DNA of 64,000 nucleotides from an uncultured Ignavibacteria bacterium (GTDB lineage Bacteria; Zixibacteria; MSB-5A5; SM1-73): NCBI GenBank assembly GCA_964588305.1, contig CAZPOP010000006.1, positions 7,465 to 71,464 of the forward strand, read 5' to 3'. Shown piece by piece: positions 54,543 to 64,000 of this stretch (position 1 is its first letter; each line of letters starts with the position of its first letter). The notes under the pieces were generated by a model. It saw only the letters and a program-made list of their open reading frames with translations, ran no database searches and was not told where the DNA came from. The position numbers and the translations under genes were made by a program.

Positions 54543-55271
54543 TCAATCCATATATCTGGCAGCGTTCACGTCTATAACCTCTCCGGAAACATAATCGTTT
54601 TCAAGCAGGTAGATAACGGTATGAGCTATCTCTTCCGGTTTGGCAATCCTTCCGAATGGTGTTTGTTTAGACAATCTTTCCTTCGTCTCTTTGGATATGA
54701 AGTCCGTTTCCACGGGTCCAGGAGCGACTGCGTTGACGGTCACAAACGGCGCCAACTCGTTAGCCAGAGCAAAGGTCAGTCCAATCACGCCCGCTTTTGA
54801 TGCCCCATAATGGCAACCAATGGTGCCCCCCATTTTCCCGGCGATTGAGGAGATATTGACTATCTTGCCCTTATTTCTCTTCAGCTCTGCCGCCGCAGCC
54901 TTGCAGCAATTGAAGACACCGGTCAAATTAACGTCAATCATCTCTTTCCACTCTTCGATGCTGATGTTCTCTATGGCTGGCTTCGGCGTGGATATACCTG
55001 CGTTGTTCACCAATATGTCTATGGATCCAAGCCTTTCTTTTACCAAACTCATCATCCTCTCAACCTGACCAAAATCCCTGACGTCTGTCTGCACTCTCAG
55101 TGATTTCACGCCAATCTGGTCCAATTTCTTGACCGTCTCCTGAGCTTTCTTTTCGTCTTTGCGAAAACAGATGGCGACGTTTGCTCCTTTATTTGCCAAC
55201 GCAAATGAGATTGCCCTGCCAATACCTCTATCTCCTCCAGTTACAATTGCATTCTTACCATTAAGCTCCAT
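54543..55271 (-). CDS. Short-chain dehydrogenase/reductase (FabG-like 3-oxoacyl reductase)
   Basis: TGGDRGIGRAIS (TGxxxGxG), NNAG, YGASKAG (YxxxK). Confidence 0.9.
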   Translation of the reverse strand: MELNGKNAIVTGGDRGIGRAISFALANKGANVAICFRKDEKKAQETVKKLDQIGVKSLRVQTDVRDFGQVERMMSLVKERLGSIDILVNNAGISTPKPAIENISIEEWKEMIDVNLTGVFNCCKAAAAELKRNKGKIVNISSIAGKMGGTIGCHYGASKAGVIGLTFALANELAPFVTVNAVAPGPVETDFISKETKERLSKQTPFGRIAKPEEIAHTVIYLLENDYVSGEVIDVNAARYMD

Positions 55272-55396
55272 GTTTATCGACCTCTTCAGCTCTCATTTTT
55301 TATGGTTGGATAGCCTGTCGCCCCTGTCGTTTCACCTTCGGTGATTTCGCTTGGACTTTTGCATCCAGCCTGCTTTCACGGTTTTCCGTGATGGCT

Positions 55397-55948
55397 TCAC
55401 TTCTTTCTGAAGTTAAGAACGTAATCTGTGACATAACTATCATCATGTAAGAGCCTTTTTAAAGATTTTTCTTCAAAAGAAAAGTTTGCCTTTTCGATCT
55501 CCTTTTTAACCTCCTCCAATTCCAGATTCATTTCTTCATTATGATGCCTGGGGAATACTGATAAAAGCCCAGTATTTTTCAAAACCCTATAGCCCTCCTC
55601 ATATATTCCTTTTCTTTCTTCCTTATCATGGTAATGCAAAACATCATAAAGTAGGACTGCGTGCAAACACTTATTTTTTAAGCCAGTTTTCAACTCTCCT
55701 TTTGTCTTTATTTTTCTTATATTTCCCAACCGTTCTGTCTTAGCCCTCTTTATCACCTCATCCAGTGCCTTTTTCTGTTTATCCTGTGCGTATACCAATC
55801 CCTCTTTTCCGACCACCTTTGCGGCAGGAATTGTATAATGCCCATCTCCACAACCGAAGTCCAAGATCAGTTGACCTTTTCTAATACCTATCTCTTTCAA
55901 AAAAACCTGGCCATCATTTTCAATCCATCTTTCAATGTCGCTTTTCAT
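55397..55948 (-). CDS. Small class I SAM-dependent methyltransferase
   Basis: ILDFGCGDGHYTIPAAK motif I. Confidence 0.8.
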   Translation of the reverse strand: MKSDIERWIENDGQVFLKEIGIRKGQLILDFGCGDGHYTIPAAKVVGKEGLVYAQDKQKKALDEVIKRAKTERLGNIRKIKTKGELKTGLKNKCLHAVLLYDVLHYHDKEERKGIYEEGYRVLKNTGLLSVFPRHHNEEMNLELEEVKKEIEKANFSFEEKSLKRLLHDDSYVTDYVLNFRKK

Positions 55949-55960
55949 TTGTCAAATCTA

Positions 55961-56353
55961 TCATTTTAAGATTAAATGTTTTCTATCTTCTCCTTCATTT
56001 TTCTCCGCGGTTATTTTTTCCATGTTTTGGTGAATGATTCTGACGGCGTTCTCCAAGGTATCTGTTCTCACTATCACACATACAAATTTCTTCACCAACC
56101 TGGGGAGATTAGGTCCGAATCTCCTGCCTACAAGAACGTCAACCCCCTGTAAAACAGAAGATGTTGTTTTTGCCTTCTGGGGATCTCCATGTTGTAGTGA
56201 TTCATCGCCTTTAAATTTCACGTTCTCCCTTTTTTCGACGAACTCCTCTTTCTCTTCGAAAAACTTATAAACCTGAAAATAGTCGGCCATACCCACATGG
56301 TCATCATTCAGGTTAGTGCCATCGTCGGTTCCGAAAGCTATCAATAGTTCCAT
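55961..56353 (-). CDS. NifX/NifB-family (dinitrogenase FeMo-cofactor-binding fold) small protein
   Basis: MELLIAFGTDDG...HVGMADYFQVYKF matches the PF02579 pattern (IA.PS.DG..L...V..HFG.A..F.VY). Confidence 0.55.
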   Translation of the reverse strand: MELLIAFGTDDGTNLNDDHVGMADYFQVYKFFEEKEEFVEKRENVKFKGDESLQHGDPQKAKTTSSVLQGVDVLVGRRFGPNLPRLVKKFVCVIVRTDTLENAVRIIHQNMEKITAEKNEGEDRKHLILK

Positions 56354-56495
56354 AGCGCCTTTCTCCTTTTCACGTTATTGTTTACGAACAATCAATATCT
56401 TGCCAACGTTCTATGTCGACCGTCCGGCAAACCATTTGGCTAAAATCAGGTGGTTGATAAATGCGACGTCGAGTCTGCAGAATCCGCAGGACAGG

Positions 56496-57485
56496 CTAGA
56501 TCATGCTTTCGCTGCTTTCGCCTAACATGGCGGCGCCAATGAACCCCGCGTCGTTTCCCAGTTTGGCTCTGACGACCTTCAGATTCTTGGTGGCGGAAGG
56601 AAAAGCTCTTTTCTTTACCTCTTTTTCAATCCTGCGGATGAAACCCTGCCCACCTTCGGATACACCGCCTCCGATTACCACCAACTGTGGATTCAAGAGA
56701 TTAACTGCGCTGGCAATACCGGCGCCTAAATATGCACAGGCTTGATTAATAACGTTTGAGGCTAGAACATCCCCTTTTCTTTCCGCTTCAAAGATGATCT
56801 CAGTGGTGAGTTTACGAGCATCTTCGAAAATTAACTTACGAATAATCGATTTTCTGTCTCTACGCAGAAGCCATCTGGTATCCTTGACCATGGCGGGAGC
56901 AGAAGCATACATCTCCAGACAGCCGATTCCACCGCAGTTGCACTTGCGACCGTTATGGCAAATGGTCATATGCCCGAATTCGGCGCCGGCAAAGTTCGAT
57001 CCGTGAAAGAGCTTTCCGTCCAGAATGATGCCCCCGCCGATTCCCGTTCCCAGGGTCAAGCAAAGCACATCCTTATAGCCTTTGGCCGCGCCGAATTTCG
57101 ATTCGGCCAGAGCCATAACGTTGGCATCGTTATCCACGTAAATGGGAAACTCAAAGCTTTTGGAAAGCCAGCGCTTCAGATTCACGTTGACCATTTGGGG
57201 AAGGTTAGGACAGGAACCTTCGATTTTGCCCGTGTTCAGATTCACCGTTCCCGGCGACCCAACGCCTATACCTTTTATTTTGATCTTTTTATCACGGGCG
57301 AAAGTCAAAGACTCCCTGATAGCCTTATTCATGTTGTTGAGAATAGCTCGACGCCCCACGCTGGCTTGCGCGGGGAGCATTCCCTTTTGTAGGATCTTTC
57401 CCCGTTCGGAGACAATTCCGAATTTGATATTGGTTCCCCCTAGATCGATACCAACGAAATACCGTTTACTCATCGGTTTTGGCAC
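56496..57485 (-). CDS. ROK-family sugar kinase (glucokinase-like)
   Basis: YFVGIDLGGTNIKFGIV. Zn-binding HMTICHNGRKCNCGGIGCLE ROK signature. Confidence 0.85.
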   Translation of the reverse strand: MPKPMSKRYFVGIDLGGTNIKFGIVSERGKILQKGMLPAQASVGRRAILNNMNKAIRESLTFARDKKIKIKGIGVGSPGTVNLNTGKIEGSCPNLPQMVNVNLKRWLSKSFEFPIYVDNDANVMALAESKFGAAKGYKDVLCLTLGTGIGGGIILDGKLFHGSNFAGAEFGHMTICHNGRKCNCGGIGCLEMYASAPAMVKDTRWLLRRDRKSIIRKLIFEDARKLTTEIIFEAERKGDVLASNVINQACAYLGAGIASAVNLLNPQLVVIGGGVSEGGQGFIRRIEKEVKKRAFPSATKNLKVVRAKLGNDAGFIGAAMLGESSESMI

Positions 57486-57768
57486 GAATGTGGTATACGC
57501 TTTTCTCGCTCACCCCTCTGTCCCCTTCAGGGCCTGTAAAAAAAGCTCAATTCCGGGACAGGATAAATTCCAGCCCTATGGTCATCAACCTCTTATCACT
57601 CATAGGGCAGGGCATTCAGCCCTGCTAATAAACTCATTCAACCCAACCCTCAAGATGAACCCCTCTCCATTATTTTATGGATCGACTTCCCTCACTGTCC
57701 TGAGCCTGTCGAAGGATAGAGAGGAAGACAGAAGGGAAGAGGCAAACGGAAACCTCAACTTTCCGGTC

Positions 57769-58965
57769 TCATTTTTCGTTGTACGCTTCTATTCCCTTAG
57801 CCAGAATCCTCATCGCTTTCTTCAGATCATCCACGTTCAAAACGTACGCAATTCTTGCCTCATCCTGTCCCTTTCCCGGCGTGGCGTAAAACCCGGGTCC
57901 CGGGGCGATCATGGTGGTCTCTTTATTCAGATTGAAATCTGTGAGCATCCACCGGGCGAAATCCTCAATGTCTTTAATGGGAAGCTTGGCCATAATGTAA
58001 AACGCCCCGCTGGGCTTAAGGCATACGGCCCCCTGGATTTTCATCAGTTCACCATAGACCGTATCTCTGCGTCTCTTATACTCTGCCGCCATCTTTTCGA
58101 AATAGTCATCTTCGATCTTGAGCGCAGCAGTTGCTCCGAATTGCTCAATGGAGGGAGAGCATAATCTGGCTTGACCCAATCTTAGGGCTGCATCCATCAC
58201 CCTTTCGTTTTTTGAGATCAAGCATCCTATCCTGGCCCCGCAGGCACTGTATCTCTTGGAGACCGAATCCAAAAGAATGGCCCGGTCCGAGATGCCCTCA
58301 ATATTCAGGATGCTGGTGTGCTTTCCCTCGTAGATGAATTCTCTATAAACCTCGTCTGAAAGCACGAACAGATTGTGTTTCTGGCATATCTCGGCTATTG
58401 TTTCCATCTCTTTCCGGGTGTAGACAGTTCCGGTGGGATTATTGGGAGAGCAGATCAAAATGGCCCGAGTCCTCGAGGTGATCTTCTCCTCTATCTTTTC
58501 TCTCGTTGGCAGATGAAAACCGTTTTCTGCCTGAAGTGTTATGGGTACCAACTTCACGTCCGCCATTGTGGCAAAGCCATTATAGTTGGTATAAAACGGC
58601 TCGAACACTATGATCTCATCGTCCACGTTCGCTACACAGATCATGGCAAAAATTATGGCCTCACTTCCTCCGGTGGTAATCTGAATGTCTTTTCCCTCAA
58701 CCCCGATTCCTCTTTGCTCATAATATTTCACCAATCCAGCTATATACTTGTAGTCCCCTTTGGAATTGCCATACTCCAAAACCTTCTTGTCATAATTTCT
58801 TATGGCGTTCATGAACTCCGGTGGGGTGGGGATGTCCGGCTGTCCGATATTCAGATGATAAATCTTTATGCCCTTTTTCTCTGCCGCGTCGGCCAAAGGG
58901 ACTAACTTTCTTATGGGAGAGGCGGGAATCTCTTCTGCACGTTGAGAAATTCGGGGAATATCCAT
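57769..58965 (-). CDS. PLP-dependent aminotransferase class I/II (aspartate/alanine aminotransferase-like)
   Basis: NIGQPDIPTPPEF and SVSKRYSACGARIG (PLP Lys in SxSK). Confidence 0.85.
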   Translation of the reverse strand: MDIPRISQRAEEIPASPIRKLVPLADAAEKKGIKIYHLNIGQPDIPTPPEFMNAIRNYDKKVLEYGNSKGDYKYIAGLVKYYEQRGIGVEGKDIQITTGGSEAIIFAMICVANVDDEIIVFEPFYTNYNGFATMADVKLVPITLQAENGFHLPTREKIEEKITSRTRAILICSPNNPTGTVYTRKEMETIAEICQKHNLFVLSDEVYREFIYEGKHTSILNIEGISDRAILLDSVSKRYSACGARIGCLISKNERVMDAALRLGQARLCSPSIEQFGATAALKIEDDYFEKMAAEYKRRRDTVYGELMKIQGAVCLKPSGAFYIMAKLPIKDIEDFARWMLTDFNLNKETTMIAPGPGFYATPGKGQDEARIAYVLNVDDLKKAMRILAKGIEAYNEK

Positions 58966-59125
58966 CTGGTCTCCTTTTTGTGGGGCTTCCAGGCTTACGT
59001 TACTAGTTCAATCTGAGCAAATGGAGGTTGTTTGTCAAATCGACATTTACGAACCGGTGCCTCTGGATTGGCAAACACTATTAAGCTCTCCACCATCCTC
59101 ACATCCACCTGCTTAAGAGACGGCC

Positions 59126-61690
59126 CTAAGGCATGTTTTGATACTGTTCAAGCAATCGTTTGGCTTCCTGATCGTTGGGATTGTGTTTAACCCATTTTTC
59201 CAAAAGATCGGCCAACTCCTCGTACTTTTCGGAAACAGCCAACATTTGTCCTAAGATTCGGAAGCTCGCTCTGTCAGAAGGATTCATCTCCAGAACTCTC
59301 TTGAAACTGATCGCCGCTTCCTCCAATTTGTTCCAAACTTGATAGACTAATCCCAAAGACTGCTGATAGTGGATTATTTCCGGATATCGTTCCACCAGTA
59401 GCTTTAGGCGCTTTTCACAGGCACCCAGGGCTTTCTCGCCTTCTTCCGTCCTGCCTTCATCTTTGAGCAGTCTGTATAAAAACACATAAGGGCGGTAGTA
59501 ATCCGGCGCCACCTCAATGGCTTTTTCGAGCACCGCTTTGGCCTTCTCAGTCTCATTATGTTCCTTGTAAAAAAGGGCCAGATCGACAAACTTTTCCGGC
59601 ACACTGGCCAGCAAGCTCGCAATATATTCGTTTTTGTAAACGTCGATGTCATTTAAACCCCGGTATCTGTAAACCTCAAACAGATTCCTGTAGTACTTCT
59701 CTCCATCTATCATTCCCTCCTCTTCCTCCGGCACCACCAGATTGATGAGACCTTCTCTTTTCAAATGGCTATCCAGACCGACTCTGTTTGATCGAGGGAC
59801 GGTGCTGGAAAAATAAAAGGGATATTTCCACTCGTTTGCCAGAAGTATGTTCTGGATCATCATGTCCTGAACTCTGATCGCCTTTTTTGCCCCTACGTCA
59901 TAATAGGGTATAAGAAACCCTTTCTCCTTTCTGATGGGGTCGTAAAAAGGTTCCTGGGGACGGCGGATGGTTCTCCCGTCCGACAGCTTAGTATCCTCGT
60001 ATTTGATCTGTTCGTAAGACAAGTCGATGGGGACTTTCCAAATGCCTTTCAGCTGTAAGATATACCAATCCGCATTAAGCAGACTCAAATTCACAACCCG
60101 CACGTCCTGTCTTATCTTCTCCACGTTTTGCACAAACCACAAAGGAAAGGTGTCATTGTCTCCATTGGTGACCAAAATCCCGTCTTCCTCGCAGCCGATC
60201 AGGAGATTATAAGCGTAGTCATAGGGAATCCAGTTGCCGGTCTGGTCATTTCTGTGATAATTCCTCTTCAGTGTAGAAAGGGGCAAGAGCAGTAGAATAG
60301 CCATCACCGGCGTTAAGCCAAGATAAGATGGAATGCGCTTTTTTCTCAGCAGATTGTCCAGGTTCCTCATCAAAGCCGACCCTCCTAATCCCATCAGCAG
60401 GGCAAAGAACATGAAACCGGGAGTAAAAAAGTAATCCCTGTCCCTAACCTCAAGACGGATATTTTGCCCTGTCAAAGGATCGGGTTTGGTTCCGTCGGCG
60501 AAATTCATATATAGGATCAAGCCCAGGGTGCAGGCTAAGATCAGAAAGAGAAGAACCGTCCCCTCCCTCCTTCTTCTACGAATCTCCTCCCAGATGCCCA
60601 AAATGCCCAAAAGTACGGGGATAAACCAGAGTTTCTTACCCATGAATTGCTCCCGGAAGAATCCCCAGAACCCCATCCTCTCCTTGGTACCAAACTGACT
60701 GGCCCAGCTTCCCCGACGGTAAAACATCCGGGCAATCATGCTGTGCTGACCATATTGCTTACGTTCCAAGAATGCTTTGAAACTTTGCCAGTCTGAGGGG
60801 TCGTTCTCATCTATGGCCGGATTCAAAGAGGACCTTATGGGAATAAAAAGCTGGGTCGAATAGCCCACCGCACCAGCTAACGTGATCAGCAAAACCAGCG
60901 CCCAGGCGTTTCTTTTGGCCGAAATGCGCAACTGGATGAAGCTGAATAGAAGCCATCCCAGCACGAAGACTAAGAAGGGTGTGACGCTGTGCATCACTAG
61001 AGCCAAAACCAGACCGGTAATCCAGAACCGCCAATCCAGAAGCTTGTGTCTGTCCGCCAGAACTACCAGCAGGAATATGGCCGGCATGATCAAAAAGACG
61101 GTCATATGAATTCCGGTGGACAAAAGCCCCAGATAAACGATCAGGATCAAAAGCCTATCCCCCCTGGGAGTGCCCCTTCTGTCCATCCAGAGGAGGGCCA
61201 AATACAAAATGAGAAGCATCAAAAACATGCACGCCCCGTAAACTTCCGCCTCCACCGCGTTGCCCCAGAAGGTGTCGGAAAAAGCCAAAAACAGGCTGCC
61301 GGAAACACCTCCCACATATTTGGTCATTCTGAACCAGAGGCCATTATGGTCCCTCTGCCAACGGCTGACCAGCTTCACAATTAACAGGTAAGCCAACCAC
61401 ACGGTCAAGGCGGAGGTCAAAACCGAGATGAAATTGACGCGGGCGGCTATCTGTCCGTACAGAGGAATTAAACTGAAGATTCGACCCAGCAAGACAAAAA
61501 GCGGCGTGCCGGGAGGATGCGGAATCCCCAGGATGTATGAACAGGCAATGAATTCGCCACAGTCCCAGAATGAGACTGTGGGAGCCATGGTTCTCAAATA
61601 GACTACAAAACTTACCAGCAAAACAAAAAGCGACAACAGCAACGAGATGCCGTCCTGCCTCTCATACCAATTCTTCAGTTTCTCTGTCAC
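59126..61690 (-). CDS. DUF2723/TMEM260-like polytopic glycosyltransferase-fold membrane protein with C-terminal TPR repeats
   Basis: N-terminal TVSFWDCGEFIACSYILGIPHPPGTPLF signature. About 12 TM segments. Five C-terminal TPR units. Confidence 0.8.
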   Translation of the reverse strand: MTEKLKNWYERQDGISLLLSLFVLLVSFVVYLRTMAPTVSFWDCGEFIACSYILGIPHPPGTPLFVLLGRIFSLIPLYGQIAARVNFISVLTSALTVWLAYLLIVKLVSRWQRDHNGLWFRMTKYVGGVSGSLFLAFSDTFWGNAVEAEVYGACMFLMLLILYLALLWMDRRGTPRGDRLLILIVYLGLLSTGIHMTVFLIMPAIFLLVVLADRHKLLDWRFWITGLVLALVMHSVTPFLVFVLGWLLFSFIQLRISAKRNAWALVLLITLAGAVGYSTQLFIPIRSSLNPAIDENDPSDWQSFKAFLERKQYGQHSMIARMFYRRGSWASQFGTKERMGFWGFFREQFMGKKLWFIPVLLGILGIWEEIRRRRREGTVLLFLILACTLGLILYMNFADGTKPDPLTGQNIRLEVRDRDYFFTPGFMFFALLMGLGGSALMRNLDNLLRKKRIPSYLGLTPVMAILLLLPLSTLKRNYHRNDQTGNWIPYDYAYNLLIGCEEDGILVTNGDNDTFPLWFVQNVEKIRQDVRVVNLSLLNADWYILQLKGIWKVPIDLSYEQIKYEDTKLSDGRTIRRPQEPFYDPIRKEKGFLIPYYDVGAKKAIRVQDMMIQNILLANEWKYPFYFSSTVPRSNRVGLDSHLKREGLINLVVPEEEEGMIDGEKYYRNLFEVYRYRGLNDIDVYKNEYIASLLASVPEKFVDLALFYKEHNETEKAKAVLEKAIEVAPDYYRPYVFLYRLLKDEGRTEEGEKALGACEKRLKLLVERYPEIIHYQQSLGLVYQVWNKLEEAAISFKRVLEMNPSDRASFRILGQMLAVSEKYEELADLLEKWVKHNPNDQEAKRLLEQYQNMP

Positions 61691-61931
61691 TTTCCTCCTC
61701 CGTCACGAGTCATTGAATCGGTAAGTGGTTCTTTGAAGAAATCGAATCCGAGAAAACCTCTCGTTTCGCTCAAAGAGTGCCTGAACGTTCCTCCACCACT
61801 CTTCTTGCAATATAGCCAAACTCAAAATTCTGTCAATTCGAAAAACATAATTCTTCAGACGACGCTAAACTATGTTGAAAATGAACCGAAAATACAAAAG
61901 ATTACGGTTCTCAATTACAAAGGAGGGGATT

Positions 61932-62192
61932 ATGATAGTCTGGTGTTGTGTTCTCTTATTTTTGGGGCTCACGGCTTTTTTGGACAATGTCTTTACCCAG
62001 AACGAAATTTTCAGGACCATCAATTCGGTTCTCTTTATGCTGGTCTCCTTGGGGCTTTTAGTCAGGACCAGCACCAAGCAAAGGATCGGAAAAAGGGAAT
62101 CCTACCAGAGAAGAATCCAGGAATTGGAGCAGCAGATAGCAGAGCTGACTCACACCGAGCCTTCGCCCCAGAAGACAAAGGTGGAAGCGTAA
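61932..62192 (+). CDS. Small membrane protein (86 aa)
   Basis: RBS aaaggagggg 5 nt before the ATG. MIVWCCVLLFLGLTAFL TM + second TM + coiled-coil tail. The alternative-frame ORF 61733..62272 is judged less likely. Confidence 0.4.
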   Translation: MIVWCCVLLFLGLTAFLDNVFTQNEIFRTINSVLFMLVSLGLLVRTSTKQRIGKRESYQRRIQELEQQIAELTHTEPSPQKTKVEA

Positions 62193-62374
62193 TGAATACG
62201 GGGTTCAGTTCTCTGCGGCAGCAAAGTTGGCTATTTGGCTCAGGCCTGGACCCCCTGTGCGTGCCTGAATAAGCTAAAAAAGGTGATTCTCCAAAAAGAC
62301 TTCCGTTACCTCTCCTCCGGTGGTCTATGCCTGATGCCGGAAGCCCGCCGCACGTAATCAATTAGCAATGCTTG

Positions 62375-63985
62375 TCAGGACGAATTCTCTTTGAGTTCCT
62401 TCAATTTTTCCCTGACCTCGTCCACAATAGGGGAGCGTGGATAATCTTTTAATACCCTTTCGTAAGCCTGAATGGCTTTGGCATCGTCTCCCAGGTCGTA
62501 CCGGTAGATGTCTCCTATTAGCTTCTCTGCCTTGGCACAATGAAAGCTTTGCGGGTACTTTTCGATCAGCTCCGCAAAGGAATCAAGAGCAGAAGAGAAC
62601 TTCTTCTTTTTGCGGTAGATTCGGGCTTTCTCGAATTGGGCCTTATCAGACAGGCTGGCGCTCTTGGCAGAGATTATCTTTTCCAGCTTCAAGCTGGCGG
62701 AGTCAAGCTTGCCCTGAAGTTCCTCCAACATAGCCTGGGCAAAAACCGAAAGAAGATATCTGTCCAGACTCTGATTCTCGTTGATTATGATAATTCTCTC
62801 TAAGCTGTTGTTGACGTAGAAACCTTTCGGAAAACCGGAGACCTGTTGACTGTATCCCTCTAAAGCTTGCTCGAAGTTCCCCCGGTAGAATTCTATCTCG
62901 GTCAACTTGAACTTTATCTCCTCCTCTTTCGATTCCGCCCTGGGATCCTTTAGGGCGTTCTCAAAAAAGAGTATGGCACTATCCAGGTTTCCTCCTATCA
63001 TCATACAGTCGCCCAGCCTGACCAATGCATCGGCGAGCCTCTCCCAGCCGGGGTAATTCGAAATCGCCTTTTGGTAAGAAAGAAAAGCCTCGTCCGGCTC
63101 TCTCAAGCGAAAGAGCTTGATCTCGCCGATCTGATAGTAGGATTGAGCCAGTTCAGAAGCAAATATCGGTGAAGTGCCTCTTTCGTATTCGCCGATCGTC
63201 TCCTGATAGGTGGAGATGGCATCTTCGTATTCTTCCAGCCCTTCATATGAGCTGGCAATGGATAACCTGGCCTGAACCACCAATTCCGTCGAAGGCGACC
63301 CGGACAAAACAAACTCACAGGCATCGATGGCCTGGCGGAAGAATTTCTTGGTCTGGCACTTCTGGGCAAACTCCAAGATGAACTTTCCTTTCCCTCCGAA
63401 GAGCGAATCCACGGTTTTGTATGTTTCAAAGGCAAGCTCCAGATTTCCTCTTCTGAAAAGCAAATCTCCATAGAGTTTGCGTGAGTACTTGTCCCGGGGG
63501 TTATCGTGTATCCTTCCTTCAAGCGCCAGCTGGATACCATCTAAGTTTTCCTCGGTCTGTATCAACCGGTTGATTCTATCCTCAATCAGAGGGAATCTGG
63601 TGGAGTCGTCCCGCATGAACAGAAAATACTCATCCACCGCTTGTTTGTAATCTCTTAACGCTTCGTAGATGTACGCCAGTTCCAGGCAAAGGATGCGAGG
63701 ATCATTCAAATTGAGGCGGGCCAGCTTATAGGTATCTATCGCATCGGAGGTCAAACCGTTTCTCATGTAAACCTGAGCCACGTGAATGTAGGCCATCTTC
63801 TCCTTGGGACCCAGATCAAGCGCCTTACTTAAGTTCTTCCGGGCTTCTTCGTCATTTTCGGTTTTGAGTTGGATATCCGCCAACTCACAATAAAGCTGCC
63901 AGGACCGTGGGCTCTTAGCCAGGCCGTCTCGGATGAGTTTTTCCACCTTGTCATAAGACTTGGTCCGAAGATATGTTCTTTTCAA
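62375..63985 (-). CDS. TPR-repeat protein (possibly N-terminally incomplete at the window edge)
   Basis: More than 10 TPR-like helical repeats. The ORF reaches within 15 nt of the window end. Confidence 0.75.
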   Translation of the reverse strand: MKRTYLRTKSYDKVEKLIRDGLAKSPRSWQLYCELADIQLKTENDEEARKNLSKALDLGPKEKMAYIHVAQVYMRNGLTSDAIDTYKLARLNLNDPRILCLELAYIYEALRDYKQAVDEYFLFMRDDSTRFPLIEDRINRLIQTEENLDGIQLALEGRIHDNPRDKYSRKLYGDLLFRRGNLELAFETYKTVDSLFGGKGKFILEFAQKCQTKKFFRQAIDACEFVLSGSPSTELVVQARLSIASSYEGLEEYEDAISTYQETIGEYERGTSPIFASELAQSYYQIGEIKLFRLREPDEAFLSYQKAISNYPGWERLADALVRLGDCMMIGGNLDSAILFFENALKDPRAESKEEEIKFKLTEIEFYRGNFEQALEGYSQQVSGFPKGFYVNNSLERIIIINENQSLDRYLLSVFAQAMLEELQGKLDSASLKLEKIISAKSASLSDKAQFEKARIYRKKKKFSSALDSFAELIEKYPQSFHCAKAEKLIGDIYRYDLGDDAKAIQAYERVLKDYPRSPIVDEVREKLKELKENSS

Positions 63986-64000
63986 CAGCGTGATGAGGGG

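Noticed and set aside
57142..58164. 340-aa plus-strand ORF
   Set aside because: Antisense to both the ROK kinase and aminotransferase genes, which have strong family signals. Arg/Pro-rich composition.
61733..62272. 179-aa plus-strand ORF
   Set aside because: Gln/Ser-rich low-complexity translation. The overlapping 61932..62192 frame has a strong RBS and TM helices and is preferred, though still uncertain.

Overview
Bacterial chromosomal window (~49% GC), almost every gene reading as a single complete ORF. Likely an uncultivated lineage with a type IX secretion system, since a canonical T9SS C-terminal sorting domain is present. Housekeeping backbone: ileS(3' end)-dksA-like-lspA-rluD, pdxA, deoB-cdd, rex carrying its own Rex operator, an RsbV/RsbW/RsbU-like partner-switching module, otsA-otsB-(internally duplicated unknown protein)-treT, DMT transporter, mltG-ruvX, initiator tRNA-fMet, ROK kinase, aminotransferase and several methyltransferases. 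Accessory content is dense. (1) Five secreted proteins end in type-I dockerin modules. Four are contiguous at 37.7-47.0 kb: two paralogs sharing an unknown ~300-aa N-terminal domain, a PPAD/agmatine-deiminase-like enzyme and a C25/clan-CD-like peptidase. The fifth is a beta-helix protein at 3.3-5.3 kb. Several of the five share an unnamed ~85-aa Ig-like domain. (2) A ~1000-aa BNR-repeat T9SS cargo gene is split by one in-frame TAA. (3) Two tail proteins carry IPTL/PEP-CTERM-like C-terminal sorting signals next to a polytopic membrane protein. (4) A 1.4-kb AT-rich single-gene island encodes what reads as a tandem, single-chain RusA-like resolvase. (5) A decapeptide-repeat secreted protein contains near-identical 90-bp DNA tandem copies. 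(6) Several families of short dispersed repeats and hairpins fill the intergenic regions, notably 5.3-7.4 kb. No CRISPR array, rRNA or recognisable transposase was seen.
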